A stretch of 64,000 bases of DNA from Phycisphaerales bacterium (GTDB taxonomy: Bacteria; Planctomycetota; Phycisphaerae; Phycisphaerales; SM1A02): positions 3,683 to 67,682 of the forward strand of contig JBPCKF010000106.1 of the NCBI GenBank assembly GCA_051004555.1, given 5' to 3'. Shown here piece after piece: positions 62,818 through 64,000 of the stretch. The number at the start of each line of letters is the position of its first letter. Positions within the stretch are counted from its first letter, which is position 1. The translations under genes were made by a program, and so were the position numbers. The notes beneath the pieces were generated by a model. The model was not told where the DNA came from and made no database searches. It saw only the letters and a program-made list of their open reading frames with translations.

Positions 62818-64000
62818 ATGAGGAACATCAGCCTGCCCCTCGACATCATCACCCGCAGCCCGGTGACTCAACAATTGGCAGCCCTTCTTGAAATGGGTGG
62901 CGACGTCCGCGCGCGCGGAGCCGTGGGATCGAGTACATCGCTCCTCACTGCAGCGATCACGCAGATCACCACTCGCCCATGTCTGCTCGTCGTGGGACAT
63001 CTCGATGAAGCAGATGAAGTGGTTGATGAACTCAGCGGACTCGGCATCGAAAATGTGCTGCGGCTGCCCGCACTGGAATCCCTTCCCGGCGAATCCAGCA
63101 TCAACGCAGAGTTGCTCGCAGATCGCCTTGCTGTCGTTGAACGACTCGCAACTGCTGATCAACCTGCCATACTTGTTGCGCCTATTCACGCCCTCATGCA
63201 GACGGTCCCCGCACCGGATCGCCTGCGTGATCTTCAACAACACATCCGCCAGGGCACTTCCATCAACATCAACGCGCTGGCCCAGTGGATGATCGACCAG
63301 GGGTATACGCGCGTGGAGACCATCGACAACCCTGGCGAGTTTGCAATGCGCGGCGGCATTCTCGACATCTTCTCACCAGGCGCCGATGCAGCTGTTCGCA
63401 TGGACCTCTTCGGCGATCAGGTCGAGTCGATGTGGGAGATTGACCTTGACACCATGGGATCTGATCGGCGGATTGATTCTGCCACACTGCTCACTGCCAA
63501 AACTGATGGCATGCTGGATGACAGCGACCAGAGTGTTGATGTCAGCGTGTTTCTTGATGCACGAACCATCGTCATTCTGGCGGAGCTGATTGAGATTCAC
63601 GAGCAGGGCCGCGGATATTTTGAACGCCTCACCGATGCACGCGGCATTATTCCGCTCGTCGATGTCATTGCGGCTCTCGGAGATCGCTCACACGCTCGAT
63701 TGGAAGTGTCGCACCTTGCCCCGGGCACTGCTTCTGGAGCAGTGCATGACTTGCCGGTTGAGCAATTGCCGCCCTTTTCCGAAGACACAGCTGAAGCGGT
63801 GCAGGAACTGGTGGAACTTTCGCGCGAACTCCCGGTTGTTGTTGCGGCCCAGAACACCGGCGAGATGCAGCGACTGCACGAACTCCTTCACGATGTCACG
63901 CAGACAGCGGACCTGCCACCCGGCATCCGCTCGATGCAAACATACATTCATCGCGGCTTCATCTGGCGCGACGAATCCGAAGGTGCATCCAACGACACCA
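62818..64000 (+). CDS. mfd: transcription-repair coupling factor Mfd, N-terminal part (continues beyond the window)
   Basis: Own translation from ATG 62818; it is not in the track because there is no stop. ...GAVGSSTSLLTAAI..., YTRVETIDNPGEFAMRGGILDIFSPG...VRMDLFGDQVESM (UvrB-like N-terminal region). The frame is open to 64000. Confidence 0.85.
   Translation, partial: MRNISLPLDIITRSPVTQQLAALLEMGGDVRARGAVGSSTSLLTAAITQITTRPCLLVVGHLDEADEVVDELSGLGIENVLRLPALESLPGESSINAELLADRLAVVERLATADQPAILVAPIHALMQTVPAPDRLRDLQQHIRQGTSININALAQWMIDQGYTRVETIDNPGEFAMRGGILDIFSPGADAAVRMDLFGDQVESMWEIDLDTMGSDRRIDSATLLTAKTDGMLDDSDQSVDVSVFLDARTIVILAELIEIHEQGRGYFERLTDARGIIPLVDVIAALGDRSHARLEVSHLAPGTASGAVHDLPVEQLPPFSEDTAEAVQELVELSRELPVVVAAQNTGEMQRLHELLHDVTQTADLPPGIRSMQTYIHRGFIWRDESEGASNDT

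Overview
Moderately GC-rich bacterial chromosomal window, densely coding on both strands. The gene content suggests a Planctomycetota-like (Phycisphaerae-type) diderm, but that is inference only: futalosine-type radical SAM enzyme, membrane pyrophosphatase, PEP-CTERM and lamin-tail proteins, a large Ser/Thr kinase-TPR protein, dockerin/EF-hand tails.

Most of the window is ordinary housekeeping:
- gltP-like symporter, rsmJ, rsmE, lepB, folD, nnrD, yhaM-like, tpiA, fliM
- feoA-feoA-feoB, rplU, two bactofilins
- a histidine kinase divergent from a GAF/sigma-54 activator
- DPP-IV and M28 peptidases, hppA, rpsU, an lpxL-family gene, rex, metF, aat, thpR, mfd
- tRNA-Ser(GGA) and tRNA-Pro(GGG)

I see no CRISPR array, integrase, transposase, reverse transcriptase or recognisable defence or secretion machinery.

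The least ordinary stretch is about 33.5-40.2 kb. It holds:
- an orphan Tae4-family peptidoglycan amidase homologue preceded by a (CA)11 microsatellite
- a GNAT-domain gene
- a roughly 0.5-kb perfectly phased 21-bp degenerate tandem array of unclear coding status
- an unknown signal-bearing protein
- a secreted, tentatively transglutaminase/papain-like gene split by a frameshift at a G5 run
- two unknown beta-rich small proteins

Other points worth a second look:
- a tandem porin duplication whose second copy has an internal deletion
- a second 21-bp repeat block and a repeated hairpin element in the porin/feo intergenic region
- a Fur-family-like palindrome upstream of feoA
- a frameshifted DUF4258-type toxin-like gene with a coupled partner
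- a WXG100-like small protein whose divergent promoter region contains a C9 tract
- a roughly 117-aa insertion in HppA

All functional calls rest on motif recognition by eye in the supplied translations. No database search was run.
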